A stretch of DNA of 64,000 nt from Candidatus Omnitrophota bacterium (GTDB lineage: Bacteria; Ratteibacteria; UBA8468; B48-G9; JAFGKM01). The stretch covers positions 130,190 through 194,189 of the forward strand of contig JAMWDI010000004.1 of assembly GCA_023819375.1 (NCBI GenBank), written 5' to 3'. The position numbers were made by a program, and so were the translations under genes. Below are positions 28,636-39,591 of the stretch, piece after piece; position 1 is the stretch's first letter, and every line of letters begins with the position of its first letter. The notes under the pieces were generated by a model that was not told where the DNA came from, searched no databases, and saw nothing but the letters and a program-made list of their open reading frames with translations.

Positions 28636-28976
28636 TATGCAAATTAATTTTTTCTATACTTTTTTGAAATGTCTTTAGATACAAAGAACTGTTCTATTAA
28701 ACCACCTCTATTTATTGTAACCCAGTAAAGTAAAAACCAGAAAGAATATTGATATAATAGTGATTGGATTTGAAGATTACAGAGAACCAACAAAAAAGAA
28801 TTTATTAATTATTTGAAAGAAATTGGTAAAAATGATATTGCATAAAAAGTTGAAGAAAATAGAATACCTGAACCTTCATACAGTTGGGATTTTTATGAGG
28901 AATAAAAGATAATATCTAATCAACAAGACGATTTTTTAAATACCAAAGAAAATCATTATATTTTCTCCAAAAAAAT

Positions 28977-29012
28977 TTGACAAATTTATTAATACGTGTT
29001 AGTTTATTAACA
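28977..29012 (+). promoter_or_regulatory. Candidate promoter (TTGACA, 17 nt, TAGTTT) with an overlapping inverted repeat TGTTA-n6-TAACA as a putative LacI-family operator
   Basis: TTGACA at 28977-28982. TAGTTT at 29000-29005. The palindrome is at 28997-29012, just upstream of the lacI-family start. Confidence 0.3.
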
Positions 29013-29026
29013 TGAGAGAAGTTACA

Positions 29027-30052
29027 ATGAAAGATATTGCAAAAAAAGCAGGAGTTTCATATACAACTGTTTCTCTTACACTTAATGGGAAGGGGGATTT
29101 ATATAAAATCAAGAAGAAAACACAGGATAAAATTTTCAGGATTGCAAAAGAATTAAACTATAAAGGAAATATTTATGCAAGTTATTTAAGAAAAAGAAGA
29201 AGTAATTTTGTTGGAATAGTTGGTTCTACATATAATGTTCCAGTAAGGCAATATAGACAAAATTTAATTGCAGAAAAACTTAAAAGAATGGGATTTGATA
29301 TAATTATTCAGGATTTTCACTGGAGAAAGGATAGTTATATCTCGCTTATAGATGAAGTTTTAAAATTTAAACCAATAGGGCTTATAATTTCGGAACCAGA
29401 TGATCTTTCTTTGATGTACTATTTAAAGGATATAAAAAAATGGATTCCTGTAATTTTAATAGATGGACCTGAATATGATGGATTTGACCAGATTAGAATT
29501 GACAGAGAAAAAATTCCTTATATTGCAGTTCATCATTTGTGGAAAAGTGGATATAAAAATATTTATTTTACAATTCCATTTACTAAGGTAATATCCTATT
29601 GGGCAATAAAGGAAAGATATATGGGTTTTAAAAGGGCTTTTGAAGAAATTTTTGGTAAAAATAATGGAATAGAAAAGAATATGCTTTGGATAGATGAAAG
29701 TATTCAAAATCCTTATATGATAGGTTATAAAATAGCAGAGAAATATTTTGAAAAGTTCAAAAAAGATACAGGAATTGTTGCTTTAAATGACCAGATTGCA
29801 ATTGGAATTATGAAAAATTTACTTGAAAAAAATAAAAAAATTCCAGAAGAGATTGGCATTGTTGGAAGTGAAAATTTACCAGAAGGAGAATTTGTTATAA
29901 TTCCTCTTACTACAATAAGTTTTTCAATTGATAAATTAGTTGATAATGTGATTGAAATATTTTTGAAAAGAATAAATGGAGATAATAAGGATGTATTTAA
30001 AATAAAAATAAAACCAGAGATAATAATAAGAAAATCCACAGAAAGGAGGTGA
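29027..30052 (+). CDS. LacI-family transcriptional regulator
   Basis: [23 protein letters not shown] is a LacI HTH. A periplasmic-binding-fold sugar-binding domain follows. I chose the start at M6 of the track ORF. Confidence 0.7.
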   Translation: MKDIAKKAGVSYTTVSLTLNGKGDLYKIKKKTQDKIFRIAKELNYKGNIYASYLRKRRSNFVGIVGSTYNVPVRQYRQNLIAEKLKRMGFDIIIQDFHWRKDSYISLIDEVLKFKPIGLIISEPDDLSLMYYLKDIKKWIPVILIDGPEYDGFDQIRIDREKIPYIAVHHLWKSGYKNIYFTIPFTKVISYWAIKERYMGFKRAFEEIFGKNNGIEKNMLWIDESIQNPYMIGYKIAEKYFEKFKKDTGIVALNDQIAIGIMKNLLEKNKKIPEEIGIVGSENLPEGEFVIIPLTTISFSIDKLVDNVIEIFLKRINGDNKDVFKIKIKPEIIIRKSTERR

Positions 30053-30056
30053 AAAA

Positions 30057-30800
30057 ATGAGAAAGAATGGTTTCACTTTAATAGAATTACTTGTTGTAGT
30101 AGCAATAATTACAATTCTTGCTGCAATGCTTTTACCTGCATTAAGTAGAGCAAGGGAAAATGCAAGGAGAAGTGTATGTTTAAATAATTTAAAACAGATA
30201 GGTCTTGCAATTCATATGTATGCGCAGGATTACGATGACAATCTACCAACAAGATTGCCTCCACCTAGTTATGATGGACATGCTTTATGGTCAGGTAATG
30301 GTTATTATTGTGCACTTGGATTATTATTTCAAGGATATAGAGAATATGGAAAAGGTAAATATATTGCAGGGCCTGAGACATTTATATGTCCAAGTGCAAG
30401 AAAGACTTGGTCTTCTTTTGCTACTTTAAGAGGAATTAAAAATAATTTTGAAGTTGTAGGCCCTAATAAAGATGCAAGAGCAAATTATTCATATAATATC
30501 TCTAACATAATTTATGCTCCACCTGGATTTGCTTCTTGGGCTACTGTATATGGAAAATTATCAAGAGCAGTTGGAACTTCATATGCCTGTGCCGCTGATG
30601 CATTTAGTGTTGATTATGGATGGTTAAATCATCCTGATCCTAAAGATATTGGGCTTCCAGTTGGCTTTAATGTTTTATTATGGGATGGAAGTGTAAAGTG
30701 GATAGATGATAGGCATCATATTGTCTGTAATAGAAGTTCTTCAAATAGAAAACATAATCTTAATTTGTATTCTGATTTCTGGAGTTTTAAATTCAGATGA
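30057..30800 (+). CDS. Prepilin-type DUF1559-like protein
   Basis: [38 protein letters not shown] ... [25 protein letters not shown]. Confidence 0.75.
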   Translation: MRKNGFTLIELLVVVAIITILAAMLLPALSRARENARRSVCLNNLKQIGLAIHMYAQDYDDNLPTRLPPPSYDGHALWSGNGYYCALGLLFQGYREYGKGKYIAGPETFICPSARKTWSSFATLRGIKNNFEVVGPNKDARANYSYNISNIIYAPPGFASWATVYGKLSRAVGTSYACAADAFSVDYGWLNHPDPKDIGLPVGFNVLLWDGSVKWIDDRHHIVCNRSSSNRKHNLNLYSDFWSFKFR

Positions 30801-31561
30801 TAAAAAAATTTACTTTTATATTTTTTACTTTTATCTTACTTTGCTTTTGTGAAAATGGCAGAATAATTTATAAAGGGGAAGGTATCTTTTCCTTTGAAGA
30901 ATTAACAGTTGAGATGTGGATAAAATTTAATTTTGATCCTAATGAAAAAACTGATAAAGTCTGGATACCAAAGGGTTCTATTTTAAATTTTGAAATACCT
31001 GAAGAAAAAACAATTTTTTCAATAAGTTGTGGACTTAAGGCAGGGAGAAAAGGGGAAGAGGACTCAAGATGTTATTTAAGAATTGGGTTTTGTATAGAAG
31101 GGAAAGAAATACCATATCCTGTTCTTATTGATTGTTCTAATTTTAGCAATAACTGGCATCATATAGCAATTTTATGGCAGGAGGGTAAAAAATTAACTAT
31201 TTATATTGATGGAAATGAAATTTTAAAGAGTTCATTACAGGAAAAAATTAAGAAAGATTTTGTAGGAAAATCAAAATTAATAATAGGAACTCCTCTTGTC
31301 TGGTTTTACGAAAATCAAATTGAAATAGATGAAATAAGGATATCTTCAATTGCAAGAAAGAAAGAGGAACTCTCAATTTATAAAAATATTATTGACCCAT
31401 ATGTTCTTTTTTATGAGAATTTTGAAAATATCAAAGAAGAAAATGGAGAAATTTTTACAGAACCATATATTGTGTCAATTGAAAGTAAAGGAAAATATAA
31501 AATAGAAAATGGAAAAATTGTTGAAGGCAAATTTGGAAAAGGATATTTATTTTCCAAATAG
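30797..31561 (+). CDS. Secreted concanavalin-A-like lectin / LamG-domain protein
   Basis: N-terminal hydrophobic signal. TVEMWIKF ... [25 protein letters not shown] ... IDEIRISS follows the LamG pattern. Confidence 0.55.
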   Translation: MIKKFTFIFFTFILLCFCENGRIIYKGEGIFSFEELTVEMWIKFNFDPNEKTDKVWIPKGSILNFEIPEEKTIFSISCGLKAGRKGEEDSRCYLRIGFCIEGKEIPYPVLIDCSNFSNNWHHIAILWQEGKKLTIYIDGNEILKSSLQEKIKKDFVGKSKLIIGTPLVWFYENQIEIDEIRISSIARKKEELSIYKNIIDPYVLFYENFENIKEENGEIFTEPYIVSIESKGKYKIENGKIVEGKFGKGYLFSK

Positions 31562-31570
31562 GGGGATTGA

Positions 31571-34500
31571 ATGAGGAAATTTTTTATTTTGTTTTTAATT
31601 TGTTCCTTCTTTTCTTTTTCTTATGTTAAAAAATATGAAGAAATTGAAAAAGATGAATTTATTACATATAGATACCCAGTTATTAGAATACCATATGTTG
31701 AGAAAAAACCAGTTATAGATGGTATTGTAGATAAAGAAGAATGGGGAAATTTTGCTTTACTTTCACCTTTGATATCTTTACAAACAGGGAAAATGGTTGA
31801 TGGGATTGGGAATATTTATGCTGGATATGATAATGAAAATATTTATTTTGCCTTTCAATTTGGTAGACCTACTTATGCAGGTGAGCCAATTGCAGGTGAT
31901 GAACCGTTAAATGTTTGGGCAGATGATTGCATAGAATTTTTTATTAGACCTATTTTTGGAGAAAAATGGGAATATTCATTTGTTGGGAATGTTAAAAGTA
32001 TTTATGAAGAGGGAAAAAGAACACATTCAACAGATAAAAAATGGAAAATAAAATGGAATTTCAAGGCAAGAAAAACTGATTTTGGTTGGGAAGGTGAAAT
32101 GGAGATACCCTTAAAGGATATAGGGATAGAAAAAATTGAAAAAGGGAAAGTTATTGAAATAGCACCAACAAATAATCAAAAATCTCCAGTCGTAATGCAA
32201 TCTTGTTGGACTTATTTAAGAGACTGGTTTAGTCATTATGATTTTGGATATTTAATTTTAGGTGATAAGATACCATCTATAAGAATTTTGAAAGTAGGAG
32301 AGATAGATAAAAATCAGATAGGAGTTTTAATTGAAATTTCAAATTTTACAGATAAAAAATTTAATTATGATATTGAAATCTTTCTTTATAAACCTCTTTT
32401 GGAAGGATTAAATTATTTTAAATTTGTTGATGAAACATCAAATCCACTTGGAGCGCAGGCAGAAGTGGAACCAGAGACGGAAGCAAAGGATGTAATTTGT
32501 GAAGTAATGAAAAAATTGGAAGTTATTAAAGAATATAGAAAAAGTATAGAAATTGGAGAGAATTCTTCGGTAAGAATACCATTTTTATATGACTTTGAGG
32601 GAAAAGGTGATTTTGTTATTTACTATAAAATAAAGGATAAAAATGAGAATAAAATAATTGCATCATCAGCAATTCCATTTGAAAAAAAGTTACCTTTGAC
32701 AATTAAAATAATACCTTATATCTTATCTAAAGGTATTCTCGAAACTACAGTTGAATATTCAAAATTGAAAATAGATGAAAATTTTAATATAGAAATTTCT
32801 CTTATTGATGATGGAAAAACCCTGAAAAAATTAGAAAAAAAGGTTGATATTGAAAATCAAAAAAGTATATTTGAAATTCCTGTTAAAGATTTAATTCCAA
32901 AAAGTTATAAAATAAAATGTCAAATAAAAGATGAAGACAAAATCAAAGGCGAAATAGAGGAAATTTATAATATCCCACCCATTCCTGAATGGTGGGATAA
33001 TAAATTTGGTTATCCCGAAGTTTATGATGTAGTTCCAGAACCATGGAAACCTATGGAAAAAAAGAAAAATGGATTTAGTGTATGGAATAGAGAAATTATT
33101 TTTGATGAAATTAATGAAATAAAAAGTATAAAGAATTCTGGTAAAGAAATGCTAACAGGGCCAATAAGATTAAATTTTGAATTTTCTGATCCTTTTGAAT
33201 TTGGCAGAACAGAATGTATTGAAAGCAAAAAAACAAAGATAACATATAAAAAGGAATTTAAAAATGAAAAGCTAAAAGGGAAAATAATTCTTGAAAATGA
33301 ATTTGATGGATTTATGAAATATACACTTCTAATTGAACCCAAAGAAAAAATTGAGATAAAAAATCTTTTATTTGAAATACCATTAAAAAGGGAAATTGCT
33401 GAATATTACCAGAGAGGAAGCGTTGGGACACCATCTTCCTATCATGAAAGTTTAAAAGATCATAAAGATTATGGAAAAATACCAGAAAAAGGATTTAAGT
33501 TGCCTTTTGTTGAAGAAATATGGATAGGTAATGAAGAAATGGGAATAGAATATGTATGTGAAACAGATCAAAATTTTTCAAATTTAAATGATAAAGAAGT
33601 GGTTGAAGTTAAAGTTGATGGGAAAAATGTTATTTTAAAAATAAATTTTGTTAATAAACCAAAAGTTATAGAAAAACCTATTACATATCAATGGGCAATA
33701 ATACCTACACCTGTAAAACCCATGAACAAAGAGTTTTTGCATAATCTATATTTAACCCAATCTGGATTTTCAATAGAAAAAACTCTTGATAAAATACCGG
33801 AAACTACTTTTAGATTTATTGATGCAATTGTTGAGGGGGGAGCAAATGCTTTTTGTCAATGGGCCTGGAATAATCCTGAAAGTGTTTGGAATATAGATTT
33901 TGGTGCACCTGGATATAGGCCAACCGAAGAGAATAAGAAAAGAGAAAAGTTGTTTAGAGAAATTATTGACTATGCCCACAAGAAAGGAATTAAATGGGTT
34001 ATAATTTATGCAATATGGAATACATATCCTGATTGGCCAAATTTAAAAAATTATTGGGAAGAAACTGCTTTATATCCACTTTTACCAGGTTTTGGCGCTT
34101 ATATGTATTGTCCTCAAAAGCCATTTAGCGATTGGTATATTTATACTTTAAAAGAAACAATTGAAAAATTAAATATAGATGGTGTATATCTTGATAGTTC
34201 TGCACATCCAAGATTATGCACAAATATCCATCATGGTTGTGGATACATAGATGAAGATGGTAAAGTTCATGGAACATATCCAATATTTGCAACAAGAGAA
34301 TTTCATAAAAGGATTTATTTTTTATTTCATGGTGGATTGAAAAAAAATGGACTTGTATATGCTCACAATTCTCATTTTATTTATGCCTGTATTGAATCAT
34401 TTGTAGATGTTCATCATTGTGGAGAAGGTTCAACATTAACAAGAGATATTTTAATTCCAAAATTTTATGGATATCCTTTTGGAATACCTGTAAGTTTTAC

Positions 34501-35020
34501 AAGATGGAATAATCCTGTCTATCCTGAGACAAGAATGAATTCCTGGAGGTTTGTTTTACAATGTGATTCAACGATCAAAAGTCATCCTTCAATGATAATA
34601 AGTAAGAATATTTTTCCTGAGTATAAAGGTTTTGGTAGGGAATACTATATTAAACTTGGTTATGACACAAAAGGGGAGGTTGTTTATAAAATATGGCAAC
34701 TTTACAAAAAATTTGATTTTGAAAATTCTATATGGATACCAAATTGGAAAATTGAGAAATATGCGAAAGTGGAAGATCCTGATATATGGATATGTATGCA
34801 TTTAAATAAAGGTAAGGAAGCGATAGTTGTTGTATCTTCTTTTAAAGATGAAAATTTTGATGGATTTATTGAATTTAACTGGAAAGAGATGGGATTTGAA
34901 TATCCAAAATTTAAAATAATTGACTGGATAATAGACCAGGAAATAAAACCAGAGGAAAAGGGTGTAAAATTAAATGTAAAAGAAAAACTGTTTAGAGTAT
35001 TTTATATATCAAAAGATTGA
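31571..35020 (+). CDS. Large secreted multidomain protein: N-terminal CBM9-like carbohydrate-binding module, central beta-sandwich repeats, C-terminal glycoside-hydrolase-like TIM-barrel domain
   Basis: Signal peptide. IDGIVDKEEWGNFALLS..YAGYDNENIYFAFQF is CBM9/DOMON-like. C-terminal IKWVIIYAIWNTYPDWPN..DGVYLDSS..HHGCGYIDEDG resembles GH-like (beta/alpha)8 families. The exact family is not assigned. Confidence 0.55.
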   Translation: MRKFFILFLICSFFSFSYVKKYEEIEKDEFITYRYPVIRIPYVEKKPVIDGIVDKEEWGNFALLSPLISLQTGKMVDGIGNIYAGYDNENIYFAFQFGRPTYAGEPIAGDEPLNVWADDCIEFFIRPIFGEKWEYSFVGNVKSIYEEGKRTHSTDKKWKIKWNFKARKTDFGWEGEMEIPLKDIGIEKIEKGKVIEIAPTNNQKSPVVMQSCWTYLRDWFSHYDFGYLILGDKIPSIRILKVGEIDKNQIGVLIEISNFTDKKFNYDIEIFLYKPLLEGLNYFKFVDETSNPLGAQAEVEPETEAKDVICEVMKKLEVIKEYRKSIEIGENSSVRIPFLYDFEGKGDFVIYYKIKDKNENKIIASSAIPFEKKLPLTIKIIPYILSKGILETTVEYSKLKIDENFNIEISLIDDGKTLKKLEKKVDIENQKSIFEIPVKDLIPKSYKIKCQIKDEDKIKGEIEEIYNIPPIPEWWDNKFGYPEVYDVVPEPWKPMEKKKNGFSVWNREIIFDEINEIKSIKNSGKEMLTGPIRLNFEFSDPFEFGRTECIESKKTKITYKKEFKNEKLKGKIILENEFDGFMKYTLLIEPKEKIEIKNLLFEIPLKREIAEYYQRGSVGTPSSYHESLKDHKDYGKIPEKGFKLPFVEEIWIGNEEMGIEYVCETDQNFSNLNDKEVVEVKVDGKNVILKINFVNKPKVIEKPITYQWAIIPTPVKPMNKEFLHNLYLTQSGFSIEKTLDKIPETTFRFIDAIVEGGANAFCQWAWNNPESVWNIDFGAPGYRPTEENKKREKLFREIIDYAHKKGIKWVIIYAIWNTYPDWPNLKNYWEETALYPLLPGFGAYMYCPQKPFSDWYIYTLKETIEKLNIDGVYLDSSAHPRLCTNIHHGCGYIDEDGKVHGTYPIFATREFHKRIYFLFHGGLKKNGLVYAHNSHFIYACIESFVDVHHCGEGSTLTRDILIPKFYGYPFGIPVSFTRWNNPVYPETRMNSWRFVLQCDSTIKSHPSMIISKNIFPEYKGFGREYYIKLGYDTKGEVVYKIWQLYKKFDFENSIWIPNWKIEKYAKVEDPDIWICMHLNKGKEAIVVVSSFKDENFDGFIEFNWKEMGFEYPKFKIIDWIIDQEIKPEEKGVKLNVKEKLFRVFYISKD

Positions 35021-35029
35021 ATTTAAATT

Positions 35030-36385
35030 TCAATAATAACCTTCTTGTTCTTTAAGAATTTTTTGAATTTTTTTTACATCTATTTTATCAATTGGAACAT
35101 CTTTATCAAGAGAAATATATCCTGCAATTCCACCTGCATGCCCAATTGCCATACAGGTAGCCATAACTCTTATTGAAGCCATTGCTTTATGTTCTGCTGA
35201 AATACATCTTCCAACAACGATTAAATTTTTTGAACCCTCAGGGATTAGACATTTATAAGGTATACTGAAATAATCATTTTCAAGAGGTCCTAATTTTCTT
35301 TTTGTAGGTAAATAATCTCTAAATTTTTCTAAAGCAATACAATATTCTTTTGTAGAACACTCTTTTGTACATAAATGGACATTATCTTTCGTTCTTCCAA
35401 GAGGACAATGTATATCTATCCAGTAGGTCCCTCTACCTATACTATCTTCTGTCTTTTTGCCCTCTATTATATCTTGTTCTGTCAGAGTATATAAGCCCTT
35501 AATTTGCCTTGTTTCTCTTGCTCCTATATTTGTTGGTAAACATGAAATATATGAATTTTCAAATCCAGTTACATTTTCTTTTAAAAATTTCCAATATTTA
35601 TAAATTTGATCCCTTAAAAAGATTTCTCCATAAGTTAAATCAAAAACATCTGTTCCATCTCCACTATATCTTAATACATTGAAACTTCTTTCTCCTTTTC
35701 TAATAGTACTTCCTTTTCCTCCAAGTTCTTCATTATAAATTTTCAATTCACCTTTTTCTCTAAGTTTTCTTAATTTTTCCTTTGCTTCTTCAACAATTCT
35801 TTTCGTAATTTTATCCTCGTCAATCCCGGCAATTTTAAAAATACATCCAAGTGCCTGTGTTTTTCCATCAAAAAATCTACCTTTTACACATTTAAATCCG
35901 GATAAATAGGCAATATCAGCATCTCCTGTTGCATCAATGAATATTTTCCCTTTAATTTTCATTTTTCCACTTTTATTTACAACTTCTATTTCTTTTATTT
36001 CACCATTTTCAACTATAGAACTACAAACAAAAGAGTGGTACAAAATTTCCACTTTTTCTTCAAGTAATAATTTTTCACAGGATATTTTTAAAATTTCAGA
36101 ATCAAATGGTATTCCCCCTTTTTTATATGCAGTATCCCATTTTTCACATCCACCAAATTTATTGGTTTTTTCAATTAAAAATTTTAAAAATCCACCCACT
36201 GCAGGTTCTCTTTCATTCAAATAATGCCCCAAAATACTTCCAACAAGCCCATTTGTTGCCATTCCTCCTAAAAATCCATATCTTTCTATAAGTAAAACTT
36301 TTGCTCCAAGTTTAGCACAAGCCCAAGCAGAAGCCATTCCTGAAGGACCCCCTCCAACAACAATAATATCTCTTTCTATTACCAT
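35030..36385 (-). CDS. FAD-dependent oxidoreductase (FAD_oxidored family)
   Basis: IIVVGGGPSGMASAWACAKLGAKVLLIERYGFLGG. Paralog of 9404-10906. Confidence 0.7.
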   Translation of the reverse strand: MVIERDIIVVGGGPSGMASAWACAKLGAKVLLIERYGFLGGMATNGLVGSILGHYLNEREPAVGGFLKFLIEKTNKFGGCEKWDTAYKKGGIPFDSEILKISCEKLLLEEKVEILYHSFVCSSIVENGEIKEIEVVNKSGKMKIKGKIFIDATGDADIAYLSGFKCVKGRFFDGKTQALGCIFKIAGIDEDKITKRIVEEAKEKLRKLREKGELKIYNEELGGKGSTIRKGERSFNVLRYSGDGTDVFDLTYGEIFLRDQIYKYWKFLKENVTGFENSYISCLPTNIGARETRQIKGLYTLTEQDIIEGKKTEDSIGRGTYWIDIHCPLGRTKDNVHLCTKECSTKEYCIALEKFRDYLPTKRKLGPLENDYFSIPYKCLIPEGSKNLIVVGRCISAEHKAMASIRVMATCMAIGHAGGIAGYISLDKDVPIDKIDVKKIQKILKEQEGYY

Positions 36386-36547
36386 TTTTTAAAATTTTAA
36401 AATTTTTAAATGATACAACTTATTTCAAAAAAAATCAATAGAGGAAAAAAGAATTAAGAGAAATATCATAAGTATTTTAACTCTAATCCAGCATTCTTCT
36501 ATAAGCACAGATTACATTTTTCTTTATTGCTTTTACCTTTTATTAAG

Positions 36548-37489
36548 TTATAAATTATATTTCCCACAATTTGAACCAATTCTGCCGAGAAGTTTTCCAT
36601 TTTCATAAATATTGACAAGTTCACAATTATTTGTGCATTTATCACAAATAGTTGTTTCTGTTGAATAATCTTTTTCTAAAAATTCATATCCTTTAAATTT
36701 AAAATTACTATTTTCTTTCTCTAAAGATAAAATTGCAACACCAATTGCTCCTATTAAAAAACTATATTCTGGAACATAAACTTTTTCTCCAAGATAATCT
36801 TCTATTGCTTTTACTATTGCTTTGTTTTTACTTACACCACCGCAGAAAACATAAGGTGGAAAGATAGATTTTCCTTTAGCAAGCATACTAAAATAATTTC
36901 TTACAAGGGCATAGGCAACTCCCATTAGAATATCTTCCTTTTTAAAACCAAGATTTATTTTACTAACACAACAGGATGTTCCAAAAACAGCACATTTGCC
37001 ACTTATATTGGCAGGAGATTTACTTTTTAATGCATAATCTGAAAATTCTTCTACTTTTATTCCCAATCTTGCAGAAACATTTTCTATATATGCTCCACAA
37101 TTAGCAGAACATATTGTATTCATCGCAAAATCAACAAGAACACCATTTTTTATAATTAAGATTTTGCTATCTTCAAAACCCATTTCAAAACAAGTTGCAT
37201 TTTCAGGAAAATAATTCATAACTCCAATTGCTGTTGCAGTTATTTCAGTTGTTGTAATATTTGAAGAAAGCAAAATTGAACCAAGTTTTCTCCCAGCCCC
37301 TATAATTCCACAAGAGATAATAGTTACATTTTTATTTCTATCAAATAATTCCTTTAATGCTTTTTTAAGTGTTTCAATTATTCCCAAGTTTCTCGTATAA
37401 ATAAAATCAACAACTTCCTTTTTCTTATTTATTAAAACACATTTAATTGTTCCATTACCAATATCTATACCAAGTGCAAGTTTCTCCAT
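36548..37489 (-). CDS. BadF/BadG/BcrA/BcrD-type (HgdC-like) ASKHA ATPase, 'CoA-substrate-specific enzyme activase'
   Basis: MEKLALGIDIGNGTIKCVL ... ISCGIIGAGRKLG has the acetate/sugar-kinase-fold phosphate motifs. C-terminal Cys pairs. Confidence 0.55.
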   Translation of the reverse strand: MEKLALGIDIGNGTIKCVLINKKKEVVDFIYTRNLGIIETLKKALKELFDRNKNVTIISCGIIGAGRKLGSILLSSNITTTEITATAIGVMNYFPENATCFEMGFEDSKILIIKNGVLVDFAMNTICSANCGAYIENVSARLGIKVEEFSDYALKSKSPANISGKCAVFGTSCCVSKINLGFKKEDILMGVAYALVRNYFSMLAKGKSIFPPYVFCGGVSKNKAIVKAIEDYLGEKVYVPEYSFLIGAIGVAILSLEKENSNFKFKGYEFLEKDYSTETTICDKCTNNCELVNIYENGKLLGRIGSNCGKYNL

Positions 37490-38385
37490 TTTTTCCTCCT
37501 TATTAATTCACAAAAAGCATTTATTCTGTTGTCAATATTAACCTCAGAAACATTTTCATCAAACCTTAAAACCATAAAAGGGATATTATTTTCATCACAT
37601 ATTTTTTTTATAAAAGGTTCTGCAACACATTCAGGCATACAAGTTAAGGGCATAGCCAAAATAATTCCATCATAGCCTTTTCTTATAAAATAGATTGAAT
37701 TTACAATGCTATCAAAACCATGTCCTGCAATCATTTCTCCTTTTAATAATTTTTTTGCTATTTTTCTCTCTTTCCATTTTTCAATTCTGTCAAATTTTAA
37801 GCCATGCCTAATAAATTCACTTACATTCATCCCGATATCAACTTGTGCTCCATAATTCCTTAATTTTTGAACAAGGTTAAAATTTGCACTTGGTTCAATA
37901 CAAGTATAAAATTCTCCAACTATACCAATTTTAATATCACCTTTATTATTTTCCTTATCTCTTTTTTCAACTTCTTTTATATCTTCCCATGTTTCTTTTA
38001 CAATTTTAATAAGATTGAATTTATTAATTTCTGGTGCAATTTTGAAAATCCAAGAAAATAAATTCTTTGCTTTTGGAACGACCATTTTAAATTTATATCC
38101 TAATTCCCTTAACGCCATCTCCGCCATCACATAATAACATCTATATCTACAAAATCCTTGACTATTATACATAATTAGTGTATCTGCCCCTCTTTCCAGA
38201 GCATCAATAAAAGAGGAAAGAACGACTTTATATGGAAAACACATCATTTCTGGTGAAAAAAGGACTCCCTTTTCAATTAATTTTTTCCCGACAGGATTTG
38301 GTTCTATAACTTCTAACCCTAACTTTTTGAAAAATTTGACGCCAACTTCTGTGTAAATTCCAATTCGCGGAAAAGAAATCTTCAT
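37465..38385 (-). CDS. DUF2229-like protein (the uncharacterised CoA-enzyme-activase-associated domain)
   Basis: Overlaps the activase gene by 25 nt. Family assigned from memory of the DUF2229 architecture. Cys-rich (CFPYK, CRYRCYY, CMPEC). Confidence 0.4.
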   Translation of the reverse strand: MKISFPRIGIYTEVGVKFFKKLGLEVIEPNPVGKKLIEKGVLFSPEMMCFPYKVVLSSFIDALERGADTLIMYNSQGFCRYRCYYVMAEMALRELGYKFKMVVPKAKNLFSWIFKIAPEINKFNLIKIVKETWEDIKEVEKRDKENNKGDIKIGIVGEFYTCIEPSANFNLVQKLRNYGAQVDIGMNVSEFIRHGLKFDRIEKWKERKIAKKLLKGEMIAGHGFDSIVNSIYFIRKGYDGIILAMPLTCMPECVAEPFIKKICDENNIPFMVLRFDENVSEVNIDNRINAFCELIRRKKWRNLHLV

Positions 38386-38462
38386 TTTTAAAAATTATAC
38401 CTGTATTAATAAGGGATAGTAAATCTTAAAAAAATTATGTAATTGAGGTATAATTTTAAATA

Positions 38463-38678
38463 ATGATTGATTTTAATAGTCCTGAATGGAAAGAAAAGTT
38501 AAAGGGAAAAAGCGCTGAAGAAATTGCAAAAATTGTTGGTGAATATTATGAAGCAAAATATAAAAAAGAATATCCTGTTTTTCCCTGGAAAGTTTTAATT
38601 GCAATAATTTTTTTCTTTCTGTTGATTATTATTATATTGATTATTTTTATGAATTATCTTAAAAAAATTGCTTTTTAA
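38463..38678 (+). CDS. Small C-terminally membrane-anchored hypothetical protein (71 aa)
   Basis: ORF with one strongly hydrophobic C-terminal helix. TATAAT-like box upstream. No SD. Confidence 0.3.
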   Translation: MIDFNSPEWKEKLKGKSAEEIAKIVGEYYEAKYKKEYPVFPWKVLIAIIFFFLLIIIILIIFMNYLKKIAF

Positions 38679-39535
38679 ATTTCTGAAAGAATTGATTTTA
38701 TATATTCAAGATCCTGTTTCGCAAAATATTCTCTATCTCCTTCTCTTGGTGCTTCTATACAGATAGGACCTTTATAATTATTCTCTTTCAAAAGTTTTAA
38801 AAATTCTCTATTATTTATAATTCCATCGCTTAAAGGACACATTATATAATTTAGGTGTTCAATACCTTTTACAATAAAGAGATTCTTAAGATGAACATAA
38901 TATAATTTTTCTCCACATTTTTCTATTGATTCCTTTAAAGAAGTTGCATCTTTACGGAGTATAATATTTCCATAATCAAGATTTATACCAACATTTTTTT
39001 TACCTATTAAATCAACCAATTTTGTTGTACTTTCTACTGTGTCATGTAAATAACAATTATGAATTTCAAAGGCAAAGTAAAAGTCAAGTTCTTCTGCAAG
39101 TTCACCAAGTATTTTAAAACCATTCACAGCCCATTCCCAATGACAATCTTTTGCATAATTTGAACCATGTTTTTCAAAATGATGATAGGGAAATTCAGGA
39201 TTTATAAGTGGCCCTGTAGTAGTATTGCAGACAGTAAGTTTAAAATATTTTGAGGCTTTTCTGTAAAAATTTACTGCATCATCAATTTCTTTCTTTCTTA
39301 CATCTGGATTTTCATCCATTAAATTTGGACCAGGAGCACCAAATAAAATATATTTAAGTTTTGATTTTTCTACACTTTTTGCTAATTTCTCTAAATATTC
39401 ATCATCTTTCATATTTTTTATACTCCTTCTAAATTCAATACCATCAAAGCCAAGTTTTACTGCCTTTTCACATATTTCGTCAAATGTTTGTCCTTGTTCC
39501 ATATAGTTGATATGCATAATAATAAGGTTTTCCAT
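38675..39535 (-). CDS. Sugar-phosphate isomerase/epimerase (xylose-isomerase-like TIM barrel)
   Basis: AVKLGFDGIEFR ... FAFEIHNCYLHDT ... LDYGNIILRK. Confidence 0.6.
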   Translation of the reverse strand: MENLIIMHINYMEQGQTFDEICEKAVKLGFDGIEFRRSIKNMKDDEYLEKLAKSVEKSKLKYILFGAPGPNLMDENPDVRKKEIDDAVNFYRKASKYFKLTVCNTTTGPLINPEFPYHHFEKHGSNYAKDCHWEWAVNGFKILGELAEELDFYFAFEIHNCYLHDTVESTTKLVDLIGKKNVGINLDYGNIILRKDATSLKESIEKCGEKLYYVHLKNLFIVKGIEHLNYIMCPLSDGIINNREFLKLLKENNYKGPICIEAPREGDREYFAKQDLEYIKSILSEI

Positions 39536-39591
39536 TTTTATCTCCTTTTAAGTAAAAAAGAATTAAATCACAAATAGTTTTCAAGTCAAGT

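Noticed and set aside
35018-35032. 10-nt palindrome AATTTAAATT between convergent stop codons
   Set aside because: Too short and AT-only to form a stable terminator hairpin. Probably incidental in an AT-rich genome.
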